From Eledone cirrhosa (taxonomy: Eukaryota), in contig OZ024746.1 in assembly GCA_964016885.1 (NCBI GenBank), positions 78,058,001 to 78,122,000 of the forward strand: a DNA stretch of 64,000 bases, written 5' to 3'. Below are positions 24,959 to 38,230 of this stretch, one piece after another. The translations under genes were made by a program, and so were the position numbers. How positions within the stretch are numbered: the first letter of the stretch is position 1; every line of letters starts with the position of its first letter. The notes under the pieces are model-generated. The model had not been told where the DNA came from. It searched no databases and worked only from the letters and a program-made list of their open reading frames with translations.

Positions 24959-24979
24959 CACACACACATATATATAGAT

Positions 24980-25045
24980 ATCAGTTCCCGTCCCACCCTT
25001 GCAAGCAGGGAAACGCGGACGTAAAATGATGATGATGATGATGAT
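24980..25045 (+). mobile_element. Isolated SINE/RTE-A 3' tail
   Basis: atcagttcccgtcccacccttgcaagcagggaaacgcggacgtaaaatgatgatg within (TA)/(CA)n. Confidence 0.8.
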
Positions 25046-25091
25046 ATATACACACACACACATATATATATAGATATTTATACACATATAT

Positions 25092-25126
<35 letters not shown>

Positions 25127-25383
25127 CATACACACACACACACACACACATGCACATATATATATATACACATACATATATATACTTACACATGCAATGA
25201 AGCAATGAATGTATAAACTATCAACCATTTGACAGATTATATTTAACAAAAAAAAAAAATTTGAAATAACAAAAAAAAAAAAAAAATTTCTAATTATATA
25301 TATATACACACACATATATACACACATATATATATATACATATACACATATACACACACACATATATATATATATATACAGAC

Positions 25384-25415
<32 letters not shown>

Positions 25416-26986
25416 ATATATATGTGTGACTGACAAGGCTAATTTGGTAATGCTTATTCTTTTTTTGTTATTTTGGTGGTTTCTTAAGATTTTTTTTTTT
25501 TTTGGTTTTGTATTTATTTTGTGATTATTGTTTTCTTGTTGCTATTGTTTTACCCATCATCGACATAATGTTATCATATCATTATTATCATCATCATCAT
25601 TGTCATCAACATCATTATCATTGTTCTTATTATTATTGCTATCATTATCCACTTCATCATCATTATATCATCATCATCATTATTGTCAATGTAATTTTTA
25701 TTATTTTTGTTGTTGTTATTGCTGCTACTTTTGTTGTTATTATTATTATTATTGTTGTTGTCACGATTTGACTTTTTTTTTATTTAAATATTGTTGTTGT
25801 TGTTGTTTTGGGGGTGGTTTTTTTTGTTTGTGTTTTTGCTTTCTTCTGCTGGTTTCATATCTGGTGCAATTTATTACAAATTAAATATGAAAAGACAGAA
25901 GTGCGAAAATTCAGCGAAGAATTTTCTGGGTTTCCAACTTTACAGATAATATTATATATAGAGAAAGGTGGTGGAAGAGAGAGAGGGGGGAGGGGTGGAA
26001 GAGAGATAGAGAGGGGGAGGGGGGGGGGGGTGAAAGAGAAAGAGGGGAAAGAGAGAGAGAGATGTGGAGGGAGAGAGTTTGAAGAGAAAGAAGGGAAAGA
26101 GAGAGAGAGAGAGAGGTAGGTAGAGAAAGATGTGAGAGAAATGGAAGAGAAAGAGGGAAGAGAGAGAGCTGAAAGAGAAAGTGAGATGGAAGAGAGAGAG
26201 AAAGAGGGGGAAGAGAGAGAGAGGGAGAAGAAGATGGGGAAGCAGAGAGAGGGGTGGGGTAAGATGGGGAAAGAGTGTGGTGGTGGTGGTGGGGAGATAG
26301 AGAAACAAAACAAAAAAAAAAAAAAGAATAAAACAAAACAAACGAAACAGAAATAAAATGAAATTTGAAAAAAAAAAAAAAGTTTAAATTATCTCGTGTA
26401 AATGATTTGAAATTTCGTTGTTGAATGAAATGAGATTTAACAAATGCATTTGTTAAAAATCTCTCTTCTTTTTCTTTAAGCAGTCAACATAGATTTTTCT
26501 CTCTGCTGCAAATTATTCAACAGAAGAACATTTTAGCTCTCGTGATCATGATTTTAATCAATGTACTTTGTGTGTGTAGGTTTGTAGGTGTGTGTGTAGG
26601 TTTGTGTGTGTGTTGTGTGTGTGTGTGTATGTAGGTTTGTACTGGCATTCAGGTGTTTATGTGTTTGTGTATATATATGAATGTGTAATTTGTGTATATA
26701 TTCATGTGTGTGTGTGTGTATTTGTGTCTACATGCATGTGTGTGTATTTGTGTATATTCATGTGTGTGTGTATTTGTGTGTACATGTATGCGTGTGTATT
26801 TGTATATATTCATTTGTGTCTGTGTGTATTTGTGTGTACATGCACTTGTGTGTGTATATCCATGCATGTGTGTGTACATTCATTTTAGTTTCTGTGTGTA
26901 CGTGTGTATGTATGTACATGTATATGTGCATGTTTAAGGTAGTCGCTGTCGGTATTTGTTGAAATATATATTTGGCTTGTTGCTCT

Positions 26987-27017
<31 letters not shown>

Positions 27018-27252
27018 CGTGTGTGTGTACATGTATGTGTGTGTGTGTGTGTACATGTGTATACATGTGTATGTTCATATTTAAGGTAGTTGTTGTTGCT
27101 ATTTATGTTGTTGTTGCTCCATTCATTATCGTCTTTTGTTCCCACATGTTAAACATTCCAATGTCGTATCTTTGCTTATCTTCCATATCATTGATAGTGT
27201 CTCTTTTAGTTGTACCACTGTCTTAACACATGCAAAAACATGTATGTATATA

Positions 27253-28366
27253 TCATCATCATCATCATCAACGTTTAACGTCCGTGTTCCACGCTTGCAT
27301 GGGTTTGGACGGGGGTTTTCCCACTTGAGGCAAGAGTGATTGTCTTGCTCGCATAGGACTGTCTGGCAGGTTTTCTACAGCTGGATGCCCTTCCTAACAC
27401 CAACCACATTTACAGTGTGGGTCTGGGAGGTTTTTACCGTGTTGCCTACACGGCCACATTACAGCGTGGACTGTGTGTTTTTTTGTCGTGACACCTACAT
27501 GATCTCATTTGTTTCGGCCTGGATGGTGTGGCACCAACATAACTTTACATAGAAGGGGGCGGTGTGGATGGGGTGGGGGTGGTGGGACGGTGGTGTATTT
27601 TGTTAGAGATGCCTACTGACTGTAGTAGGTTTTACTATGTATTTAGGTAAGGCGGGTCTTTTCTATTACTGAGTACCGCCAAAGGTCTCGGTCCAGTGAC
27701 ATTATCTTGGAGAGGTGTAAGTGTGTTAGGTCGGAGTTTATCAGCTCGTCCCAGGTTTTTCTGGGTCTGCCTATTCCGTGGCTACCGTCTATCTTTATTG
27801 CCCTGCACTTTGTTATACAGCTATCGTCTTTCATGCGCATCACGTGTCCATACCAACGTAGCCGTCTCTCGAGTAAACAACATCTGATCCCTCTTATTTC
27901 TAATTTTTTCCTTAGTTCGTTTATGCTTTGCCGTTCACGTATATTACTATTACACATCCAGCGGAGCATGCAAGCTTCGTTCCTCTCTAGTCTGCGTATA
28001 TCCTCTGCGCACAATGCCCAGGTCTCACTGCCATGTAACATTGCTGTTCGTATGCAGGCATCATACAGCCTGCCTTTCATTTTTAGGGAGAACCCTTTAG
28101 CGGCTAATAGTGGTATAAGCTCTCTGAACTTTTTCCATCCAGTTCTGACTCTAGCTACTGTACTTTCAGAGCACCCTCCCCCACTGCTGATTTTGTCACC
28201 CAGGTAACGGAAGCTGTCCACTATTTCTATAGAGCCCTCTGTGCAGTTGAAAGAACTAGTATTTTGTGGGCACTTGCTGCTACTTATTGCACCAGAGCAC
28301 CGGCCACATGTGAAATCTATGTTCTTAGTTAGCTTACCTGTGATCCCACTACATCTTTTATGCACC
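27253..28366 (-). mobile_element. 5'-truncated RTE LINE (family C), uninterrupted C-terminal 240-aa ORF
   Basis: ORF 27643-28365 (HKRCSG...DSFRYLGD...RRLRWYGHV), 3'UTR, (CAT)n tail, (TA)n at the 5' junction. Confidence 0.92.
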
Positions 28367-28469
28367 TATATATATGTATATATATATATATACACACACA
28401 CATATATATTTGATATATATATTATATATATATATATATATATTATATTATATTATATCATATTATATA

Positions 28470-29085
28470 TATAACTTTGATAACTTTCAGCTAGTATTGG
28501 CCCAGGCCATATCTAACTTAATAGCACCACCTGGCGAAGTCTTTCAAATCAGGATTGTGGCACCATGGCCCACTCAAGTAGAGAGTTATTGTGTACGGAG
28601 GCATATCCGGGTGTAGGAGGTTTATCCAGGATTTCTTGAAGGAATTTGTCCAAAGGCTTCTTGAACTTTATGGGGTCTGTTTTAATGTGTTTTGGTGTAA
28701 TGTTAAAGAGAGCAGGGCCAATTGAGGTGAAATAATTGTGCCGTGTTGTTGTTATGAGATGCAAATGAGATTTTTGTCCTGGGCGGATAGCATGGGGTCC
28801 AAGCCTTGAGTGTACCTTAAAGGTGATGCCAACATCATTTGGGCAATGCTGATGGAATATTTTCCGCATCATGCAGATAATGTAGCGCTCACGGTGACAT
28901 CGGAGAGAATAAAGGTTGAGCTTTTCTAATCGACTCCAATAGACAAGGCCTGTCATGCCAACTATCTTTTTTTAATTGACCTTTGGCATGCTTCAACTTT
29001 CATGATACTTTGTTTCATGTGGGGAGACCACAGTGGACAACAGTATTCAAGGTGGGGTCGGGCAAAAGTGGAGAAGAGAAGGATA
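28470..29085 (-). pseudogene. CR1-like LINE ORF2 C-terminal relic
   Basis: FARPHLEYCCPLWSPH...VEACQR (28980-29070) then LEKLNLYSL..RERY and FKKPLDKFL, typical CR1-group C-terminal motifs; frameshifted. Confidence 0.75.
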
Positions 29086-29809
29086 ACATTTATTTATAAA
29101 GTGGGGATTCCCGCATTTAATCGTGGTACCAGTTTCACCATTATATGCTTTTTCAATGACGGAAGTGTAAAGTGCAGTTAAATTGCATATTTATATGAAT
29201 AATAATAAAATGGAGAAGAAAATTATTAGTTTTTACATACATATATAGAGAGGAAAGTTCATGTTTCTGTCCAAAGCTCTCTTTCACTCTCTGTTAGTTG
29301 ACCAACAGAGGCAGTAGACTACACTTTTGCCAGGCCATACTGTCTCAAATTGGAATGGACTTCCATTGATTGCAACAAGAAGGGTTCCAGTTGCTTCATC
29401 AATGCAACTGCCTACTCATGAAATTAACATATAAGTAGCTGAGCAATCCAGACACATGTAACCTTTATGTAATTCTCAGGGAGATGCAGTGTGACACAGT
29501 ATGGGACAAGGCTGGGCTGGTCTTTTGAATTATAGGTGCAGTTCATCCGATGGGCTTCTAGATGTTTCTAGCTACCCAGTTTCACTCACAAGTGAAATGA
29601 CACTTGCCCAAGATGACATGCAGTGGAATCAAATCTAGGGTCCTGAGGATTGCAAAGTAAACCCCTTCACTTTATATCAACATTATAAAGATGGTAGGCA
29701 AAGTTGTGGTCAGTAGAATTTGAACAGAGAATGCAAGTAACTGGAATAAATATTGTCCAGTATTCTATCTGCCAGTTCACTCTCTTTACCCTAGACTGGC
29801 CCTTTATAT

Positions 29810-30165
29810 AATAATTGTTTCTACTTTAGGCACAAGGCCAGCAATTACCCAGTACATTACTGGTACTTTATTTCATCGACCCCGTGAGGATGAAAGGCAA
29901 AGTTAACCTCGGCGGGATTTGAACTCAGAATGGCAAGGGACGTAACTCTATGCGTCAAAGCATGGCGTCCGACCCTCTACCGATACTTCCAATCCACCGA
30001 TATAATAATGATTTCTGATTTAGGCATCACAAAGCTAACAATTTGAGGTAAAGGGAAAGTCGATTAAATCAACCCCAGTATATTACTGGTACTTTATTTT
30101 ACTGACCTCAGAAGGGTGAATGAAAGGCAAAGTAAACCTCAGTGGGATTTGAATTCAGAACACAA
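29810..30165 (-). mobile_element. Two stacked (ATT)n-family SINEs
   Basis: Reverse complements of 4810-5160. Confidence 0.75.
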
Positions 30166-30181
30166 GGGTGAAAAGCCAAAT

Positions 30182-30219
<38 letters not shown>

Positions 30220-30389
30220 CACACAGAAAGCTAACTTGTGGGGGAGAGGAGGATGTTTCTTTCTTGGAAGTGGTTTATAAATAAAGCTATTTGTCTTCTC
30301 TTTTCAGAAAGAAAATTTAAATAATCAATATTCTTTCTCTCTTTCTTTTCCTTCACTTCTTTCTCTTCTTTCAGGGTCTCTCTATTTCT

Positions 30390-31258
30390 TCACCACCCAC
30401 ATCACATCTCACTTCCCCCCTCACAACATCTCACCTCCTCACAACATCCCCGCCTCACATCTCACCACCTCTCACAAAATCCCCCCTCCCCCAACATCTC
30501 ACCAACCCCCCCTCACATCTCACCACCCCCTCACAACATCTCATACCCCCCTCACAACATCTCACCACCCCTCACAACATCTCACAAGATCTCAACATCT
30601 CACATCCCCCTCACAACATCTCACACCCCCTCACAACATCTCACCACCCCTCAACATCTCACAACATCTCAACATCTCACAACCCCCTCACAACATCTCA
30701 CACCCCCTCACAACATCTCACACCCCCTCACATCTCACACATCCCTCACAACATCTCACCACCCCTCACAACATCTCACCACCCCTCACAACATCTCACA
30801 CCCCACTCACAACATCTCACACCCCACTCACATCTCACCACCCCTCACAACATCTCACAACACCTCACAACATCTCAACATCTCACACCCCCTCATAACA
30901 TCTCACACCCCCTGACAACATCTCACCACCCCTCACAACATCTCACACCCCACTCACAACATCTCACCACCCCTCACAACATCTCACCACCCCCTCACAA
31001 CATCTCACCACCCCTCACAACATCTCACACCCCTCACAACATCTCACACCCCACTCACAACATCTCACACCCCACTCACATCTCACCACCCCTCACAACA
31101 TCTCACAACACCTCACAACATCTCAACATCTCACACCCCCTCATAACATCTCACACCCCCTCACAACATCTCACACACCCCTCACAAAATCTCACCCCCC
31201 CACAACCCCCCCCCCCCTCACAACATCACTCCCACCCCACTCCCCTCACATCTCACCA
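30390..31258. repeat. C/A-rich ~20-bp degenerate minisatellite (ccccctcacaacatctcaca)
   Basis: Dozens of variant units with almost no G on the + strand. Confidence 0.92.
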
Positions 31259-31496
31259 ACCATACCTCCTTTTTACATTTATCTCCAATTTTTTTCTTCT
31301 TTTTTCTTTTCTATATTCTCTTTGTTTTCTCTTTGCTGCATACTCACACACACTCACACACACACTCTGTCCCTCCCCCCTCTCTCTTCCGCTTCTCTCT
31401 CCCTCCCACCTGTCTATATCCTTTCCCTCTTCCCTCCCTACCACTTCTCTCATCTTTGCAATATTCTTGATGAAATCTGTTGTTGGTTTTTAGCTT

Positions 31497-31540
<44 letters not shown>

Positions 31541-31547
31541 AGAACAC

Positions 31548-31581
<34 letters not shown>

Positions 31582-31633
31582 ACATATATAGATAGATAGA
31601 TAGATAGATAGATGTGTTCTTGTGTGTATATAT

Positions 31634-31688
<55 letters not shown>

Positions 31689-32398
31689 ACTATCTTTACT
31701 TTCTGTGTTTTCTTACTTTTTTTCCATTACTTTATTTAAAATTTTTATCATCATCTTTATTATTATCACCAGCACCATTTTTGTTTTTGCTGTTGTTGTT
31801 GTTATCTTTCTTGAAAGAGCTTCAGCAACAAACAATCTCCTTTTTCTCTTCATGTAATTAAATGCATACAATTTTATAATTTGTGTCTGTGTGAGAATAT
31901 GTGAGAGTGTGTGTGTGAGAGAGAGAGAGTGTGTGCCCATGATGTTTTCTAGAGTTTCTGAAAAAAAAAAAAAAGGAAAGAATCAAAATAATTCTTCTTC
32001 CTACATTAAAATATTGAAATTGCAATGAAATATTCTATTTCTCCAGATTACATTTATTCATCGTCATCATCATCATTGTTTTAACTTCTGTTTTCCATGC
32101 TGGCATAGGTTGGACGGGTTGTTACAGACAGTCAGTTCATAGTCAGAGTTACTGCCCTTCAAGATAGGCAGTAAGACCATCGATATATCCCTTTAAAAAT
32201 TATCTACCATTAAGTGTTGTTGCTGAATAGAGAAAAAGTTTGTTCATTTACTGTGAAAATATGTAGCATTTTCTCTTAACATTCTGTAATGATTTTGCAG
32301 AAAATATCTAAAAAATAGTTTCTTCATTCAAATGTATGTAACATCTTTACTAGTAGAAAGATCGCTGGGAAGATTTTTCAGAATTATCTGTTCATAGC

Positions 32399-32680
32399 CA
32401 GGGACAGCGCCAGACTATCTGGCACCCTAGGCAAAGTTAGATTCTCTCTCTCTGCCCCCTCTCCCCCTTCCAGGAAAATATAAATTTCAAAAATTTATAA
32501 ACAATAAATATAAAAAAAATTTTTTTCATTTCAACATTTGTTTTTCCCTCTATGAAATAAACCAGGATAAAAAACGACCCTCAATAAAACTGAAATTTAT
32601 TTATTGATTTGGAAAATGTGCCCCTTGAAATCAGCGCCCTAGGCAACTACCCAGTTGCCTATATGGTAGCGCCGGCCCTG
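32399..32680. mobile_element. hAT-type MITE
   Basis: TIR cagggacagcgc / gcgccggccctg; 8-bp flanks ttcatagc and tttacagc (6/8 match, probable decayed TSD); internal gc[a]ccctaggcaa repeats. Confidence 0.7.
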
Positions 32681-33388
32681 TTTACAGCCCACAATGATTT
32701 AGTAGAAAATGTCTAAAATCTGGTTTGTTAATTCAAATGCTTATAGTATCTTTATTAGTGGACATATCATTGAAAATTTGCAGTATTAGAGAGTAAATAG
32801 AGACTTTGAGTTTTAATGTCATAAGAAATAAGAATTGTCTTCCTAATACGGATTCATGCAATACAGGATGTTAAGATTTGAAGTGTATATATTTATTTAA
32901 AAACCTTCCATCATGATTTTATATAAGAATCTTGTGTTATGTTGAAAACACCAACTTAATCCTTTTGATATCAAACTGCTCGAAACTGCCTCTTGTTCTA
33001 CAGTACAAAGCTAACTATTTTTAAGTGTTTATATTTATCTAAAAACATTCCATTTTATGTAAGGACCTTTGTTATGTTCTGCTCCAAACACCAATTAAAT
33101 AATGAAGAAAGTTAGTTATATATTGCCACCAAATTATTGATTGTTTTTAAAAAATATTTCAAAATTATAGACACTGCCTTTCATTAGAAACATGGCAATG
33201 AAATGATAAACCTTTTCATACAAAGCCACCTGAGACCATCCTTAGTTCTTCAATAATAAGGTGTGTATCTAAAAGTGTTCATATTCATCTAAAAACCTTC
33301 CATCATACTGGACAACATCTATTATCTCTCCGTGTTGTGATCAATATAAAAGACATATTTTAGGGCAATAGATTTGTAGAATCATTAA

Positions 33389-33573
33389 CCTGTTAGTATT
33401 TACATTACTCTACATTTACTATTATATTTTCATAATATTGAATCTGTGAGATTTTTATATTATTTATTTTGAAAACAATACCTTAACATCAGCATGTGCA
33501 GCCAGTTACAGTCGGTTTGAATAGAAAGGTGAGAGAATTCTGGCTGGGTACGGCCGATTTAAATGCTAAAGGG
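33389..33573. mobile_element. piggyBac-type MITE (second copy)
   Basis: TTAA on both sides; right TIR taaatgctaaaggg; internal homology to 23020-23238. Confidence 0.72.
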
Positions 33574-34167
33574 TTAAAGCATTAGACAAAATGCTTTGTG
33601 GCATTTAGTTATGGCTTTTTATGTTCTCAGTTCAAATCCTGCTGAGGTCAACTTTGTCTTTCATCCATCTGTGATGTACTGTCAAGTACTGATGTTGATG
33701 TAATTCCTTTATCCCTCTCCACCTCACAATTGCTGGGCTTGTACCTTAATTAGAAACCAATATCCAAGACATATCTGTCTGTAAAAACTATCTACTTCAC
33801 TGGTTTGTTGTATTGATATGGTTGATGGATAGGGTGTAACTGCTAGATACAGATAAAGGCATGTATGAAGGGGTTATACAATAAATGGAATATTGGTAAT
33901 GGTGATGGTGGTAATCACGATGGTGATGATGATGGTAATAATTGTTATAATGATGATTGCAGTGGCAAAGACAGCAGCAATGACAGTGTTATGTTAGTGT
34001 TATGATGTTGATGATGGTGTTATAATGGTTTTGGTGGTTGTGCTGGTAGTATGATGATGATGATGATGATAGTGATGACGATGGGGATGATGCAGTTGAT
34101 ATGACGGTTTTCATGGTTGTGGTGGTATGATGATGATGATGGCGATGATATATTATAATGATGATGA

Positions 34168-34340
34168 TGGTGGTGGTGGTGCTCTCTGTGATAATGGTGG
34201 TGGTGGTGCTCTGGTGATAATGGTGGTGGAGGTGCTCTGGTGATAATGGTGGTGGTGGTGCTCTGGTGATAATGGTGGTGGTGGTGCTCTGGTGATAATG
34301 GTGGTGGTGGTGCTCTGGTGATAATGGTGGTGGTGGTGAT
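34168..34340. repeat. 26-bp minisatellite gctctggtgataatggtggtggtggt, about 6 copies
   Basis: Direct inspection. Confidence 0.88.
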
Positions 34341-34379
34341 GGCAATAGCATTATGATGATGATGATGATAGTGTTATGA

Positions 34380-34738
34380 TAATAATAATTGCTTCTACTT
34401 TTGGCACAAGGCCAGCAATTACCCCAGTGCGTTACTGGTACTTTATTTTATCGACCCCGTAAGGATGAAAGGCAAAGTTAACCAGGGTGGGATTTGAACT
34501 CAGAACGTAAAGGGACATAACTCTCTGCTGCAAAGCATGGCACTGATACACTACTGATACTGATAATAATAATTGTTTCTACTTTTGGCACAAGGCCAGC
34601 AATTACCTCAGTACATTACTGGTACTTTATTTTATCGACCCCGTAAGGATGAAAGGCAAAGTTAACCTCGGCAGGATTTGAACTCAGATCGTAAAGGGAC
34701 GTAACTATGCTGGAAAGCATGGCGTCCGACCCTCTACC
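34380..34738 (-). mobile_element. Two tandem (ATT)n-family SINEs
   Basis: Each is the reverse complement of 4970-5160 with an (AAT)n tail. Confidence 0.8.
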
Positions 34739-35445
34739 ATAATGATGACTGTTGTTGTAATGGCAGTGATGAGAGCGTTATGACAATGATGGTTGTGGTG
34801 GTGATGATGGTATGGTGGTAATGATGATGATGGTGATGATAGTGTTATGATGACGATGAAGGTGGTGGTGGTGGTAGTGATATTGGTGGTAGTGTTGTGA
34901 TGATGATGCTGATAAAAGTTCTTTAACTCAGTTCCTTTACACTTTGTGCTATGAATGTCCATCTTTATTTAAATGGCTTGATCTATTTTTACTATTACTG
35001 GCAAATAAATTCAAGGACACACACGCACACAAACGCAAACAAACACACACACACACATATATGCACAGACACACACAAACACAGAAAAATCATACACACA
35101 CACATATCATACATGCACACACACAGCATACAGAATATCATACGCACATGCACACATTATACAGAATATCATACACACATAAGAAAACTATCCTGCACAC
35201 ACACATACACACACACGCGGGTTTCTTGCAAGAAATATATTTGTTGCAATTTGCAATGATTAATTTAAAAAAAAGAAAAAAAAGAAAGTAAAATAAATAA
35301 AAAAAACACCTGAATTGCAATAAAAAGTAGCAACGACAACAATAATAACAATAATAATAATAACACCACCACCAACAACAATAATAATAATTATAATAAA
35401 AAATAATTTAAAAAGAAAACAAAAACAAACACACACACCTGAATC

Positions 35446-35479
<34 letters not shown>

Positions 35480-35697
35480 TAATAATAACAATAATAATAG
35501 TAATAATAATATATAAGAAGAAAAGAAATTATTAAAATTGATTTAGGAGTTGGCAGTGATAACATTTTAAAAGATAGTTTGTTAAATTTCTTCTTTAATT
35601 ATTTGCTTGATGAAATATAAATGCATTAAGCTCTAATTAACTCTGCTTTCATCCATGTTGCCAATTTCTAATTTGTTCTTGTTTTATTTTTATCTTT

Positions 35698-35744
<47 letters not shown>

Positions 35745-35889
35745 CTATCTCCCTTCGATCTCTCAATCTATCTATCTATCACTTTCCTTCTATTCCCCTC
35801 TCTTTCTCGCTCTCTCCCTTTTTCTCTTTCTCCATCTCTCCCTCTTCCTCCTTTCCTTCTTCCATATATCTTTCCGTCTCTTTCTCTCT

Positions 35890-35950
<61 letters not shown>

Positions 35951-36083
35951 CCCTTCGATCTCTCAATCTATCTATCTATCTATCACTTTCCTTCTATTCC
36001 CCTCTCTCCCTTTTTCTCTTTCTCCATCTCTCCCTCTTCCTCTCCTTTCCTTCTTCCATATATCTTTCCGTCTCTTTCTCTCT

Positions 36084-36115
<32 letters not shown>

Positions 36116-36343
36116 AGTTAGTTCTATTTTCCCATTCTCTCCACATCTATTTATCTATCTATCCATCTATCTGTCTGTATGTGTCTACCTATCGGTCTGT
36201 CCGTGCGTCTAACTCTTTATCTATCTATCTATTCATTCTTTCCCCATCTATCTATTTATCCATATGTATGTCTATCTATTTTCCCATTCTTTCTACATCT
36301 ATCTATCTATTTGTATGTATGTATATTTATCTATCTATCTGTT

Positions 36344-36415
<72 letters not shown>

Positions 36416-36562
36416 TTTATTACTCCCCCCCCTGTCTTATCTGAAAAATAAATTGTTAATGTTAAATTATTTTCTTTTATATTCAACTTTTAATTTACAA
36501 CAATTTATTTTTATTAATTTATTTTAATTTCATTATAACCACCACCACTATTCTTATTTTTA

Positions 36563-36604
<42 letters not shown>

Positions 36605-36914
36605 GGGTGGTGGGAAAATTGTCAGAGTGCTGTACTGGACAAAATGTTTGACTGCACTTAGTTATTCCCCTTTATGTTTTGAGTTCAAATTCCACTGAGG
36701 TCTTCCACAAAAAAACACTTTGCTCAGGAGAGGAACTTTTCAGCTGCAAACTTGTGGTCAGTTATGATTTTATGTGAGTATATGTCTAACTGGTTTTTAC
36801 TGCCTCAATTCTGAAAATATATGAGAAAAGTCAACAAGGAAAATCAACATGGATGAACAATACAATACAATGATGAGATATATTAGTTTAATATTTGATA
36901 TAGTACGGACAGAG

Positions 36915-36950
36915 TCTTAACGTTTTGGACGTTAGTCCTTCATCAGAAGA
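36915..36950 (-). ncRNA. Minimal hammerhead ribozyme motif with a core mutation
   Basis: UCUU CUGAUGA aGGAC uaac GUCC aAAACGUU AAGA; GAAA is mutated to AAAA; palindromic AACGUU stem III typical of dimer-acting Penelope hammerheads; flanks homologous to 58075-58195. Confidence 0.6.
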
Positions 36951-37414
36951 TAAAATACAAAACAATTACTATGTGGAAGAGCACTTTTAGTCATGTAAAA
37001 ACACAAAAAAAACTTTTAACTTTACTTTATATACATGATTTGGGGGAGTGGGGTGGGAGTCGCAATTTTCATTACTTTGTGCAATCTGATCACTGACACA
37101 GTTCTGGAATGTATTCTTCTTTGGTCAAGCTTTCACTGGCTTTTTCAAGTTTTATCTGGAAAGGAAGGTGGGGATGGAGAGGGACGTGCTTGGTTCTCCC
37201 CAGTAAATTTATCAATAGGTGGGTGAAAGTAACGAAAATGGCAAGAGTTAATGAACCTACATTCAGCATGTGCTTGCAGGTCAGAAAGTTAATAATTGGG
37301 ATAGAGTATTTGCCCTTGGTAGTCTGAGTGATTGTGGATCTGTGGGATCCCTCAATTACCCTCAGGTATTCATCTCTCTGTACCAACAGGACTGAATACT
37401 ATGTATACTTTGTG

Positions 37415-37752
37415 AAGGCACAAGGCTTAGAGGTTAATGCATTGGGCTTACAATCCTGAGGTTGTCAGTTTGATTCTCTGACCGCGCTTTGAGTTGTGTT
37501 CTTGAGCAAGGCACTTTATTTCACGTTGCTCCAGTTTACTCAGCTGTAGAAATGAGTTGTGACATTACTGGTGCCAAACTGTATTGACCATTGCCTTTCC
37601 CTTAGACAACATCGGTGGCATGGAGAGGGGAGACTGGTATGCACAGGTGACTGCTGGTCTTCCACAAACAGCCTTGCTTGGACTTGTGCCTTGGAGGTGA
37701 ACTTTGTAGGTGAAAATCCCATGGTCATTCGTGACCGATGGGGGCCTTTAAC
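37415..37752 (+). mobile_element. Long CORE-SINE variant
   Basis: tRNA-like head, CORE-like block cttgagcaaggcactttatttcacgttgctccagtttactcagctgtagaaatgag, different 3' half. Confidence 0.78.
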
Positions 37753-37977
37753 CCTTACTATGTATACTTGTTACCCATTTATTTTCTCATTTGTATATAA
37801 GACCCCATATTCATGTTGTAACTTGTTTTTGTAATGTCTCATTTGTCCGATGGCCTTGTGGTAAATAAAAAATGTTGTTGTTATCCTTATTTTTGTCAGA
37901 AATCATTATGTTTTTCTGTTGTTGTTCTTGTTATCATTATCAATTCATTATCATCATCATTATTATTATTATTATTG

Positions 37978-38161
37978 GGCGGTGGATTGGCAGTATCGGT
38001 AGAGGGTCGGACGCCATGCTTTCCAGCATAGTTACGTCCCTTTACGATCCGAGTTCAAATCCCGCCGAGGTTGACTTTGCCTTTCATCCTTACGGGGTCG
38101 ATAAAATAAAGTACCAGTAATGCACTGGGTATTTGCTGGCCTTGTGCCTAAAGTAGAAACA

Positions 38162-38229
<68 letters not shown>

Positions 38230-38230
38230 C
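37978..38230 (+). mobile_element. (ATT)n-family SINE, young copy
   Basis: Near-identical to 4970-5208. Confidence 0.85.

Noticed and set aside
35695-36115. ~240-bp duplicated CT-rich block as a functional repeat
   Set aside because: Simple local duplication between (CT)n tracts, explained by slippage or unequal exchange
37020-37400. Penelope GIY-YIG coding relic upstream of the 36915 hammerhead
   Set aside because: No recognisable GIY-YIG or RT motif in the available translations; would need a translated HMM search
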